A stretch of DNA of 64,000 bases from Geopsychrobacteraceae bacterium (lineage in GTDB: Bacteria; Desulfobacterota; Desulfuromonadia; Desulfuromonadales; Geopsychrobacteraceae), in contig OY759353.1 of the NCBI GenBank assembly GCA_963662315.1, positions 3,680,001 to 3,744,000 on the forward strand. Reading direction: 5' to 3'. The notes under the pieces were generated by a model, which searched no databases, was not told the DNA's origin, and saw only the letters and a program-made list of their open reading frames with translations. This document shows, piece after piece, positions 48,879 through 57,302 of the stretch. The position numbers and the translations under genes are program-made. Every line of letters starts with the position of its first letter. Position 1 is the stretch's first letter.

Positions 48879-49339
48879 GCCACACTCACGATCGGCCACC
48901 ACTGCAGGATTTCATAATCGTCAAGGTCACGCGATGTCGGTCTTTCCGGATGGGGATCCAGGACAACGCTTCCGGTCCAAAAAACAGCATGGGTACCGTT
49001 TGAACTCTTCACGATCAGCATAGCCGGATCGGTACTCGGAAAAATAATACTGAGCGCAAACTTGGAAGGATTATTCCACTTTGCAGTCGTTGTCCTAGGA
49101 ATAAAGCTTTTCCCAATCAGGTAAGATCTTGACGCCAGGTACCCGGCAATCTCGCAAATTGTGAAACCTAGCCGCCCATCTTTCCCGACCGGCTTTCCTT
49201 CATGCCCGACCTGGATGAATACATCAGAGACCTCCTCCCCTGTGATCATGGCCGCTACGGCTGGCATACAGCTCCAGGGTGTCGGTTGCTCGATACGCTG
49301 ATTCGATTTTGACTTAAAAGGAAGAACGTCTCCCATCAT
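48875..49339 (-). CDS. papain-fold (C39-like) cysteine peptidase
   Basis: Q-x5-C (QPTPWSC) followed by helix AVAAMITG; later THAVFW and VLDP, giving the Q/C/H/D catalytic arrangement. Confidence 0.65.
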   Translation of the reverse strand: MMGDVLPFKSKSNQRIEQPTPWSCMPAVAAMITGEEVSDVFIQVGHEGKPVGKDGRLGFTICEIAGYLASRSYLIGKSFIPRTTTAKWNNPSKFALSIIFPSTDPAMLIVKSSNGTHAVFWTGSVVLDPHPERPTSRDLDDYEILQWWPIVSVA

Positions 49340-50415
49340 ACCCTCCCGAATACGGATTGATTCATTCTAGTGACAAGGTGTTCGGTTGAACTGTTGGTAA
49401 AGTGAGTATATTTCTTGGTTGTCGCCTGGTTCTTGTGGCCAAGGATATAACCGATCTCAGCCAAACTCGCCCCTTGCTCTCCAAGATAACTGGCCGCACT
49501 ATGGCGAAGGTCATGAAAACAGAAGTTTTCCAGGCGGGCTTTCTCCCGGGCCTGCTCCCAGGCATAACGAAAATCGATTGGTTGGTGAGCCTCCCGATCT
49601 GAAGGAAAACACCATGGATTGCCAGGTGTTCTATTGCGGTGAAGCTTGCGGAGTAATTTCAGGGCTTCACCGTGAAAGACCAAGGCCCGCGCTTCGTCGG
49701 TCTTGGTCTTCTCGATGTAATAGCGGCCGATTTCCACTGTACGGCCATCAATCTTCATGGTTCTATACAGGTCCATGGAATCCCAACGCATAAAGCGGAT
49801 CTCTGACAACCTGGCGCCGGTTGACAACCCAATAACAACAACGGGATAAATGAACCTGTTCTGGCTTGATCGGCAGGCAAAGAGAAGATGTTTTCTTTCA
49901 TCCGGACGTAGCCACCTGGTCCGCGCCTGTCCTTCCCGTAATCGTTCAACGGAAAGGACAGGATTCATCTCGACGCAGCGCCACTCCTTCACGCCTTTGG
50001 TGAAGATATGGGATAACGCTGCTAGGTAACGATTGATTGTTTTTGCCGATCGCGGCTGAAGTTTCTCTTTGGCCATGCTGATCATCGGTGAATTGATATC
50101 GATCAGGGGAGTTTTATCTCCGAGAAAGGATCTCCACCATTCAAGCTGTTGACGTTGCTGGCGTTGAGTGTGAGGTTTTTTCCATTGCATCACCTGGCGT
50201 TCATACTTGTCGATCAGCTCACCAATGGTCAAAACCTCTGACTGTCCGATCGGAGTCAGTCTGTTAAGGCAAAATTCCCTTTCCTTTTTATCAGCCCAGC
50301 GCTGAGCCTCTTTCTTTGTTCTCCTGGTAGCGGAAGCATATTGACCGTTACAACGGACCCTGATCCGGTACCTTTTCTTCCCTTCCTTCGTCATATCAAT
50401 CTTCAGTGCAGCCAT
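49336..50415 (-). CDS. second tyrosine recombinase inside the prophage
   Basis: Intact R-K-HxxR-H-Y set: TGARLSE, KTKT, FHDLRH, LGH, KKY. Confidence 0.9.
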   Translation of the reverse strand: MAALKIDMTKEGKKRYRIRVRCNGQYASATRRTKKEAQRWADKKEREFCLNRLTPIGQSEVLTIGELIDKYERQVMQWKKPHTQRQQRQQLEWWRSFLGDKTPLIDINSPMISMAKEKLQPRSAKTINRYLAALSHIFTKGVKEWRCVEMNPVLSVERLREGQARTRWLRPDERKHLLFACRSSQNRFIYPVVVIGLSTGARLSEIRFMRWDSMDLYRTMKIDGRTVEIGRYYIEKTKTDEARALVFHGEALKLLRKLHRNRTPGNPWCFPSDREAHQPIDFRYAWEQAREKARLENFCFHDLRHSAASYLGEQGASLAEIGYILGHKNQATTKKYTHFTNSSTEHLVTRMNQSVFGRV

Positions 50416-50471
50416 ATTGTCAGCCAATCCAGTGGAATATGTTGTGGAATATTTTAAGTCGTTTTTACAAA

Positions 50472-50753
50472 TCAGCCGATCATCATCCGGCCGGATCTCT
50501 CGGCCTGCTTTATCATCGTATCGATCACAGCTTGTTTGAAGCTGGCGTCGACATTGATCTTCTCAAGTTTTGCTCCGTACCTATATTCGTTGATTTCATC
50601 AAGAGCCCGATCAAACTCAATCCCGAGCTTATCGACATCGAGATAAGGTTCATGGATAACAGGTCCAGTGGCAGCTTTGACCTGAGCGTTCTCAACCATT
50701 AGTGCGATGATCAAAAAACGAAGTTTGTCATGTGTAACTCTGCGTGTCTTCAT
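50472..50753 (-). CDS. hypothetical phage protein
   Basis: AAGGA RBS; co-oriented in the early operon. Confidence 0.55.
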   Translation of the reverse strand: MKTRRVTHDKLRFLIIALMVENAQVKAATGPVIHEPYLDVDKLGIEFDRALDEINEYRYGAKLEKINVDASFKQAVIDTMIKQAERSGRMMIG

Positions 50754-50811
50754 GTTCTATTCCTTACCTCAATGACCTACTAAGTCTCACTTAGTTGCTA
50801 TACGGTTTGCT

Positions 50812-51306
50812 TCATTTCCTTGAGGCAGTGGTTATATCCGGCTTCGTATTCAGCGTCCATGACGCCGCGCATAGCTTCCGCATCCTGTCGAGATTTGGCG
50901 GCCAAGTGTAATTTTTTAGCGCAGACCCGGACGCCTTCAGCACTACGTCAAGGTTGTCATCGATATTTCTGCAACTTCTTGGCGCCTGCTCTAATTGTTC
51001 CTTGTAACATCCGGCGCAAATATCAGTGGTGTCCTTGCCACCCGGGACGAACAAGCAATGGCATCGTTTGCATTCAACTGCGAAGCTATCGCGCCTAAGA
51101 GCTTCAATTTTCTCTTGCGCATGCTTTAGTTCGGCTTCTTGTTTGGCGTAGTGATATCTGAGATAGGCAATTTCAAACGCCATGTCTTCAGCATCACCGC
51201 TAAACTCTGTCATTTCTTCGTCACAATCTGATACATCTACATTTTCAAACGAGGTTGAATGCTTCAGATAAATATCTCTATCAAAATCAAGCGGGTTCCA
51301 TGCCAT
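50812..51306 (-). CDS. hypothetical phage protein with CxxC...CxxC (possible frameshift near the 3' end)
   Basis: AAGGAG RBS; coiled coil, Zn ribbon and ASGSALKNY motif. Confidence 0.55.
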   Translation of the reverse strand: MAWNPLDFDRDIYLKHSTSFENVDVSDCDEEMTEFSGDAEDMAFEIAYLRYHYAKQEAELKHAQEKIEALRRDSFAVECKRCHCLFVPGGKDTTDICAGCYKEQLEQAPRSCRNIDDNLDVVLKASGSALKNYTWPPNLDRMRKLCAASWTLNTKPDITTASRK

Positions 51307-51363
51307 ATCTAATCTCCTTTTTCACACCAACTAACTATTCCGAAGCTGTTAACCTCTAATCAT

Positions 51364-51696
51364 TCAGTTCAAAATCTTTGAGCGCTGATAGTCGACGGTT
51401 TCCATCCCTGCAGCTGCAGCGGCCGCTTCAATGTGTTTCCATTCCGTTGCTGTCCAGCGGATCTGCTTCTTGATATCCCTCGACTCTTTGACTAACTTGC
51501 GGCGAACCTTGTTACCTGATCCGGATCGAGCTCCGCCATGCTTAATTTCCACTGCTGAGGCAGGGATGCTGTCTGGAACCGGAGAACCTGCTTCCTTGCA
51601 ACGAGCAAAGGCAATAGCACTGTCGAAATCTTTAGCAAGGACATCGACAGTCACCGGCCCATGGTTGAATTGAAATGTCACTGCGTGTTTTTTCAT
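51364..51696 (-). CDS. putative DNA-binding protein (HGGARSGSG motif, RHH-like C-terminus)
   Basis: GGxRxGxG basic motif followed by QIRWT..EW..I..AA. Confidence 0.55.
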   Translation of the reverse strand: MKKHAVTFQFNHGPVTVDVLAKDFDSAIAFARCKEAGSPVPDSIPASAVEIKHGGARSGSGNKVRRKLVKESRDIKKQIRWTATEWKHIEAAAAAAGMETVDYQRSKILN

Positions 51697-51731
51697 GTCA
51701 GCCAATCTTTCAAGTTTTTACTGTTTTTGTT

Positions 51732-52544
51732 TTATACTCGTTTCCTGGACTCCTTCATCAGCTCCCGTTTTCGTATGGAGAGATTGACCAGGTTCTTTGC
51801 TGCAGGCCTCAGTTCTTCCGGTACATACCTGATACCAAACTTATTCATCACGGCATTTTCTGCCATGGTGATCAGCTCAAGGTTCTCGATCGAGCAGTTC
51901 AGCTTATCTCCATCGATAAAGGTCAGGACCGTTCCTTCTGGGATTTGTCCATGCTCCTGCTCCCAGATATGATGGTGTTTCAATTTGTACCTGGTAGGGA
52001 AACCGGTATAAGGATCCTCTTCAGCAACCTTGATCAGGACATAGCCGTCCTTTGAATCAATCCGTTCCGTTCCGATCGGCTTAATGTTTGCCGGGACATT
52101 CCCTTTCTTAAAGTTGCCACTATTCGGTTTAACCAGTCCCTTCGTTCCTGTGTTCCAAGGCTTTTCACCTTTTTTGAAATATCCAGTCCGGCCAGAAAGA
52201 ATTTTATGGTTTCCGCAATAGGTTTTCAGTTGTCCACTTGTCAGAGATAAACCATAAATCTCGTTCATCTCCTCGGCGATCTCAATCAAGGATCTTTCCT
52301 TGTAAGCCTCCCTGAGATATTGGTCTTGATCTTTGGTGAGTAGTTTATTTTTCCCCTTATTAAGCTCGCCCGTTGTGCGGCCGCTCTTGAATTTATGGTT
52401 TTTGATACAGGCCCTGATCTCCTGATCAGTCTTTCCAAAACCAAACTTTTTATTGAAAACATGAGTCAGATCTGAAATCCCCATAACCCTATACCCAAGT
52501 TCAAGGAATTTCAGATGATGTTCTGTGTAGATGAATCTATCCAT
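51732..52544 (-). CDS. HNH endonuclease with N-terminal repeats
   Basis: FKKG..PWN repeats; HHHIWE..HG.IP....FIDGDKLN...NL motif. Confidence 0.85.
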   Translation of the reverse strand: MDRFIYTEHHLKFLELGYRVMGISDLTHVFNKKFGFGKTDQEIRACIKNHKFKSGRTTGELNKGKNKLLTKDQDQYLREAYKERSLIEIAEEMNEIYGLSLTSGQLKTYCGNHKILSGRTGYFKKGEKPWNTGTKGLVKPNSGNFKKGNVPANIKPIGTERIDSKDGYVLIKVAEEDPYTGFPTRYKLKHHHIWEQEHGQIPEGTVLTFIDGDKLNCSIENLELITMAENAVMNKFGIRYVPEELRPAAKNLVNLSIRKRELMKESRKRV

Positions 52545-52791
52545 CACTCTTATCCTCGATCTGGAGAAAACCATTACCACCCCGGCATAAACCATATTCC
52601 TGTTGGGCAGTGATCGCTTTGAGCTGCAGCTGGCCAACCTGGATAATGTCCTTAGCTATTTTTGAAACAGCATCGGCCCGTTGTAGCTCTTCCTTCAAAG
52701 CATCTCCGGTTATTTTGTCCTCGCCTTCAAGGTTCAATCGCTCCAGCTGGGCGAACAGGTGATCATTAAGATCGCCAATCTTGTTTTTCAT
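52537..52791 (-). CDS. conserved phage protein typically paired with this HNH type
   Basis: MKNKIGDLNDHLFAQLERL...EELQRA.AV motif. Confidence 0.7.
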   Translation of the reverse strand: MKNKIGDLNDHLFAQLERLNLEGEDKITGDALKEELQRADAVSKIAKDIIQVGQLQLKAITAQQEYGLCRGGNGFLQIEDKSDG

Positions 52792-53009
52792 GCGACAGCC
52801 TCCTCCTTAACCAGCTCAAGCTCATTCGTCCAGGCCATCAGCTCAACAATATGCTGATACTCTTCATCTATCGGCTTCAGCAGGTAGAAGGCCGGATCCT
52901 TCATCATGATGTGAGTCCAGATTTTGCAGCGAGTTCCAGCCTTAACCTTCTCGCCGTTATATGCCTCGATCTCTTCTGTCGTTTTGACGATGTCACCCTT
53001 TTGAAACAT
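52788..53009 (-). CDS. small SH3-like phage protein
   Basis: MFQKGDIV...ELELV pattern; AGGAG RBS. Confidence 0.55.
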   Translation of the reverse strand: MFQKGDIVKTTEEIEAYNGEKVKAGTRCKIWTHIMMKDPAFYLLKPIDEEYQHIVELMAWTNELELVKEEAVA

Positions 53010-53175
53010 TGCTGATCTCCTTTTTGTTGTGGCCAGGGAACCTGGCATTGATAAGTTTGGCGAACAGATCAAACAAAATATCTGTGCCCTCGTATTGGTG
53101 AGGTTCGGCAGCGACTCCCTGGGAGTAAAGGCTGGCTTCCATCTGGATCCGCTCCGAGGCCTCACGTTGGTTCAT
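52993..53175 (-). CDS. hypothetical phage protein (60 aa)
   Basis: Start overlaps the upstream stop (ATGA coupling). Confidence 0.45.
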   Translation of the reverse strand: MNQREASERIQMEASLYSQGVAAEPHQYEGTDILFDLFAKLINARFPGHNKKEISNVSKG

Positions 53176-53612
53176 TGATTGTCAGACCTTGATCGTAGAA
53201 TTGCGAGAACCTCCCTCATATCGACACAGATATGATCAAGCATTTTCACCATCAACTCTGGCTCACCAGGATGAAGTAAAAGGATGGTTTTCTTTCCAGC
53301 TCCTGAAGCCCAACCCATTTCAAGCGATGCCGATCTTCCGAAAGGCTGAACTCCAATGAACACATCAGCCCAGGTCATGGCATCAAAGTCTGATTTAAAT
53401 CCATCCTGAGCAACTGGATGGTTTAGTCCATTCCGATACTGTTCTGTTGACCAGCCTTCCCACTCTTGATCTATCTCTGACCAGTGAAATCCGTTATTTC
53501 CTTCTTCTGGATTTCTGAAGTCATAGCATTCATGGCCTGCACGTCTAAGAATTTCAACGATTTCTGGCTGGAAAGGATTTCTCCAGCTACTTGCTACGTA
53601 AATTTTCGACAT
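53172..53612 (-). CDS. nucleoside 2-deoxyribosyltransferase-like (NDT/Rcl fold) protein
   Basis: KIYVASSW...D..AM.WAD...GRSASLEMGWA.G.GK motif. Confidence 0.65.
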   Translation of the reverse strand: MSKIYVASSWRNPFQPEIVEILRRAGHECYDFRNPEEGNNGFHWSEIDQEWEGWSTEQYRNGLNHPVAQDGFKSDFDAMTWADVFIGVQPFGRSASLEMGWASGAGKKTILLLHPGEPELMVKMLDHICVDMREVLAILRSRSDNQ

Positions 53613-53850
53613 AGTTTTCCTCTCCTGAAATTTCATGAACTGTCGCAACACAAAGAACGTATTCAGAACTGCTTTGGCATTTCTCGCAGTCGGAGACAAA
53701 TGTCTTATTTATTCCGTTAGCGCACTGAAGAGCCAAAAGCTCCTCGCCAAAAATATAGACATCGTCTGGTCCAGCTACACGAACCTCAAAACGCGCGCGC
53801 GAGGCAACAGAGGGAGAAGAGCCATTTTCCGACCTGGTTAAAACAGACAT
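53587..53850 (-). CDS. hypothetical phage protein
   Basis: Overlaps both neighbours in the operon; contains CxxC. Confidence 0.45.
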   Translation of the reverse strand: MSVLTRSENGSSPSVASRARFEVRVAGPDDVYIFGEELLALQCANGINKTFVSDCEKCQSSSEYVLCVATVHEISGEENYVENLRSK

Positions 53851-54041
53851 GCGTTGTCTCCTTCAGTAACTTTTACGGTTGGAGGAAGAGGCAAAAGTTT
53901 TTCATCAACCTGAAACCGACGCTCTTTCACTCCCTTCAATCCGATCAACGACTTAAACTTCTCCCGCTGATCCATCCGATACGGTCCATAAGTCAGGCCA
54001 TCCACAATGATTTCAAAGGCTTCTACGAATTTCACTGCCAT
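53838..54041 (-). CDS. hypothetical phage protein
   Basis: AAGGGG RBS before MAVKF. Confidence 0.5.
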   Translation of the reverse strand: MAVKFVEAFEIIVDGLTYGPYRMDQREKFKSLIGLKGVKERRFQVDEKLLPLPPTVKVTEGDNACLF

Positions 54042-54109
54042 CTGTTTCCCCCTTTCCACTTATAATTATTTTTCATAAGGTGTTGCCTATCTTTTCAAAG
54101 ACTTAAGGT

Positions 54110-54418
54110 TTATTTTTTCCAATTTTTTTCCAGTTTGTTTCCGCAACATCCAGGGCAAAAAAAATCACGACTTAACACCTGCCGGGCATGAGCTAAAATG
54201 TCGTCCAGGTTGTCCAGGTTGCCATTGTGATCTGACACGCAGATGTCGATCGACCGGCAGCAGCCAATGAAAACAACATGGACAAAACCGAAGGGATAGT
54301 TCATCCGTCTCAACTCAATCCCATCAATGCCAAGCTCAGCCAAAACATCATTAAGCCCTGAAACCAACGCTTCATTTTCCCGTTCGTTGTCCAGGATCTG
54401 CACCCGATCACTCACCAT
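54110..54418 (-). CDS. hypothetical phage protein
   Basis: Coupled to the upstream replication genes. Confidence 0.5.
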   Translation of the reverse strand: MVSDRVQILDNERENEALVSGLNDVLAELGIDGIELRRMNYPFGFVHVVFIGCCRSIDICVSDHNGNLDNLDDILAHARQVLSRDFFCPGCCGNKLEKNWKK

Positions 54419-54833
54419 CTTGAACCCCTTTCATTCGCTCGTATCTCCGGGCCGCCTGCGCGTACTCGGCATTTCCATATTTCTCGCTGAGCTGATAAAG
54501 ACGTGTGGACGCTTGACCTGGTGTAATCTCTCCCTGGATAACTCCCTGGATAATTTTCAGGGCTTCAGCCCCGGATTCACCCGTGTCCAAACTCTTTTCA
54601 GCTTCAAATTCGGCGTACATCATCCCGGTCCAATACCGGGTTTGCTCCAGGACATAATCTGCAGACGGAAGCCGACGACAGTTTTTAAGGCAGATACCAA
54701 GAGCACGTTCAAAGCACTCAACTGGATAAGTCAACAGCTCGGCCCAGATCGGATTCAGATCCCGTCCCAGGTACCCGGTATTGAATTTCTGCGCCAGGGT
54801 GCGAAACCCTGCCTCGGCTTCCTGACTCGTCAT
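54408..54833 (-). CDS. replication-associated protein (helicase-loader/inhibitor-like)
   Basis: Follows the initiator with ATGA coupling; W.ELL......AL......RRLPS.D pattern. Confidence 0.45.
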   Translation of the reverse strand: MTSQEAEAGFRTLAQKFNTGYLGRDLNPIWAELLTYPVECFERALGICLKNCRRLPSADYVLEQTRYWTGMMYAEFEAEKSLDTGESGAEALKIIQGVIQGEITPGQASTRLYQLSEKYGNAEYAQAARRYERMKGVQDGE

Positions 54834-55285
54834 GATCCAGCCCGACGCCTTTCTCGTTTTTGTTGGACCCACTCTTTAAAGGCCGCTTCCTTGTGAGTCG
54901 CGATACCAACTGCTGGAATATGCCCAGCCTCAAGCCTCTTGATATCCGGAGCCCAACCACACCGTTTGAAATAACTGGCCAGTTTTGAAAAGAACTTCTT
55001 CAGACGCTTTGATGCCTTATAAAGTGTCACCTGACAGATGAAAGCACCTGATCGCTTATCCCGCTTATGCCTGGTTACCGTGTCAATCAGTCCCTGCTCC
55101 CGAAGTATCCTGAGGTTATAGTTCAGCGTCGATCTGGCGATCTTGATGCCGTACCACTTGTCAAGATGCTCAAGGATCCACTTCTGGCTCATGAGGGTCC
55201 ATGGCTTGCGTGTTTTGCAGAAGTAACCGTGTACCAGCTGCATGATCGCCATTGAGGTCTTGTTTGGGCGGAAAACCGCATCCAT
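54830..55285 (-). CDS. winged-helix replication initiator (plasmid-Rep-like)
   Basis: SQ.WILE.L...YG..I.RSTLNYNLR.L...GLI wHTH; AGGAG RBS; directly downstream of a DnaA-box region. Confidence 0.6.
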   Translation of the reverse strand: MDAVFRPNKTSMAIMQLVHGYFCKTRKPWTLMSQKWILEHLDKWYGIKIARSTLNYNLRILREQGLIDTVTRHKRDKRSGAFICQVTLYKASKRLKKFFSKLASYFKRCGWAPDIKRLEAGHIPAVGIATHKEAAFKEWVQQKRERRRAGS

Positions 55286-55299
55286 TAGCAAAGCTCCTG

Positions 55300-55680
55300 A
55301 GTTGCCCCGGCGGAGACGAAATCATCTATCCCTCTATTTGCCAGGTTTTGATTGTTTGAATTGCTTTTCTATTCGTTCCGGTTCATGCCAGGGGCGTGAC
55401 ACCGGGTTTATTGGTGGCGCGATTCCTGGCGTTTTTCCGGAACGCACCTATTAAGGTTTTCCACAAGCGATCGGGCGTGCTTATCTGCCCGGCGCTTGGA
55501 TACTTATCTTTGGAGTAATGATCTATGTCCAAAAAGTTGGACACGGTAAAAGACGGATAACAGGGTGAGTTATCCACAGGTAAAATTCAGGCATGGTGAT
55601 CATGACAAAACTCCACGAAAAGCCTGAATTGCGAGCATCAGCATGGCCACCTTAACCAGGTTGAAAGCGATGATATCGAG
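55300..55680. other. putative prophage replication origin
   Basis: Non-coding ~380 bp; perfect DnaA box TTATCCACA 55570-55578; TTTTCCACA 55457-55465; palindrome tgtccaa-aaag-ttggaca between them. Confidence 0.6.
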
Positions 55681-55681
55681 C

Positions 55682-55960
55682 TTATTGTTTTTCACGTTTG
55701 ACACCCTCCCTGTAGACTGGTCTCGGCCGTTTCAGTGGTTCTGCATCCTTTGGATAGTGCTTACAGCGTCCACATCCTGCCGGCATGATGATTGAATTTG
55801 TATTGAACCCCTTATGGCCTTTGCGGTAACTCGCACACGCTGGAGCGGAAATACGGGCTTCATGAGCAGGGCAATAGAAAGTGTTCTCCTGGATCCACTG
55901 AACCAGGTCTTCTTCTTTCCCTGGGCGAACCTGTTGCTGAACATGCGTTGGCGAACTCAT
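55682..55960 (-). CDS. Cys-rich hypothetical phage protein
   Basis: CPAH...C...CGRC pattern; coupled to the upstream gene. Confidence 0.55.
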   Translation of the reverse strand: MSSPTHVQQQVRPGKEEDLVQWIQENTFYCPAHEARISAPACASYRKGHKGFNTNSIIMPAGCGRCKHYPKDAEPLKRPRPVYREGVKREKQ

Positions 55961-56181
55961 CGGCGCCCCCTTATCTTCCGGCTTCCTGGCCAGACACCGT
56001 TCTCATGGAAGTCTCTCGCCTCATCACGTACCCGAACCCGTTCCAATGGCGTTGGTTCACGCTTCGGATCAAACGCTTGCAAAGGAGGGACGGCTGATTC
56101 CAGGTCAAATTTTTCCAAAAGTTTCTCGAGGAGCTGGTTCGTTCGTCGTTGCTCCTGAAGCAGTTCTTGTTGCTCAGTCAT
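55957..56181 (-). CDS. hypothetical phage protein
   Basis: Overlaps both neighbours in the operon. Confidence 0.5.
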   Translation of the reverse strand: MTEQQELLQEQRRTNQLLEKLLEKFDLESAVPPLQAFDPKREPTPLERVRVRDEARDFHENGVWPGSRKIRGRR

Positions 56182-56560
56182 CACTTACTCCCGCTGCAAA
56201 GTTTTTGAACACGTTCAGGACCAGGCGGTTATCTGTCTTCGCTTCTGCCAGATCCTGTTTCAGCCTGTTTATTTCAGCCCTCAGGTCAGAGATTTCGCGC
56301 AATGAGCCATAGCCCATTTTCAGTAACAGCCACTGGAGAGGGATCTCGTTACCGCAGATCTCCATAAAGAGAATGAGTTTTTCGGTTGGAAAATGCCGGG
56401 AGTCGTCGCCAGCGCTGAGCATTTTTGATAAATGGCTGGCCTCGACGTCCAGGTGGAAGGCAACCTCCTTGAGCTGCTTGCCGCTCATCATCTGGCAGGC
56501 CCGCAAAGCAGCTCGGAAGTCTGGGATCTCGTTGAGGATCGATTCGGAGACGAGTGTCAT
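56174..56560 (-). CDS. CII-like HTH regulatory protein
   Basis: KEVAFHLDVEASHLSKML HTH; FMEICGNEIPLQWL motif; C-terminal coiled coil. Confidence 0.7.
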   Translation of the reverse strand: MTLVSESILNEIPDFRAALRACQMMSGKQLKEVAFHLDVEASHLSKMLSAGDDSRHFPTEKLILFMEICGNEIPLQWLLLKMGYGSLREISDLRAEINRLKQDLAEAKTDNRLVLNVFKNFAAGVSDD

Positions 56561-56811
56561 ACTGTCCCCTCAAATAAATAAAGATGGAGATTCCCTGAAA
56601 GTTCATGCAAACATACTTTTACTTTTTCGACTTGGAATTCTTCATCTCTAATTTTTTTTAGAAATTCATCCTTGCTGACAATCAAAAAGCATCCAAAAAC
56701 CTGCACATTGATATGTTTAGATCTCTTGGAAATATTTTCTATTAGATCCTTATGTAACTCACTCCCAACCCAGGTCCTGATAAACTCATCTTTTCTTTGA
56801 AATTTAAGCAT
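56557..56811 (-). CDS. hypothetical AT-rich phage protein
   Basis: Overlaps both neighbours; locally AT-rich. Confidence 0.5.
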   Translation of the reverse strand: MLKFQRKDEFIRTWVGSELHKDLIENISKRSKHINVQVFGCFLIVSKDEFLKKIRDEEFQVEKVKVCLHELSGNLHLYLFEGTV

Positions 56812-57016
56812 CCCATCCCCCTTCAAAGTCGGACATGAACAGCTCTTGCTCTTCATCAGTCATGGGCCCCATCTCTCTCAGATCATCAAAGGTGCGATCA
56901 AACATTTCCTTTCCGCACCGTTCACAGAAATAAAGTGCACAGCCCGGCATAATTGCCGAAGCTGGATACCTGTGGCCCTTGAACTTGCAGATCAGTCGCT
57001 TTAAAAATTGCTTCAT
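56804..57016 (-). CDS. small Zn-ribbon prophage protein (DUF1660-like)
   Basis: LICKFKGHRY...FCERCGK motif. Confidence 0.55.
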   Translation of the reverse strand: MKQFLKRLICKFKGHRYPASAIMPGCALYFCERCGKEMFDRTFDDLREMGPMTDEEQELFMSDFEGGWDA

Positions 57017-57047
57017 CAATCGCATATCAAACCTCCACCTAAGCTCG

Positions 57048-57302
57048 TCATGCGTTGTGACTATGGGAGACCTTGCGGTCTGCGTTATCGTCATCTTGTG
57101 GCCAGTAACCGTCTTCAATCAAAGCCTGGCGAATGGCTTCTCCGACCAATGGTCTTGGACCTCTTCTGCCGCCTGCAGCCCGTTCTCCGTTGATCACCGC
57201 GGCTACGGTGCGACGGCTGAAATTCTTCTTTTTTGACCATTCCTTGACCGTGTCGCCGCGTCTTCGGAAATTGGCCATAACCTCATTCGTAATGTTTTCC
57301 AT
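57048..57302 (-). CDS. Cro/Ner-like DNA-binding protein
   Basis: FRRRG.TVKEWS....FSRRTV..VING HTH; first gene divergent from the repressor. Confidence 0.75.
   Translation of the reverse strand: MENITNEVMANFRRRGDTVKEWSKKKNFSRRTVAAVINGERAAGGRRGPRPLVGEAIRQALIEDGYWPQDDDNADRKVSHSHNA

Noticed and set aside
49336..50415. Tail-fibre shufflon/invertase system driven by the second recombinase
   Set aside because: The enzyme is ~21 kb from the single tailspike gene, and no inverted alternative C-terminal cassettes or crossover repeats were seen.
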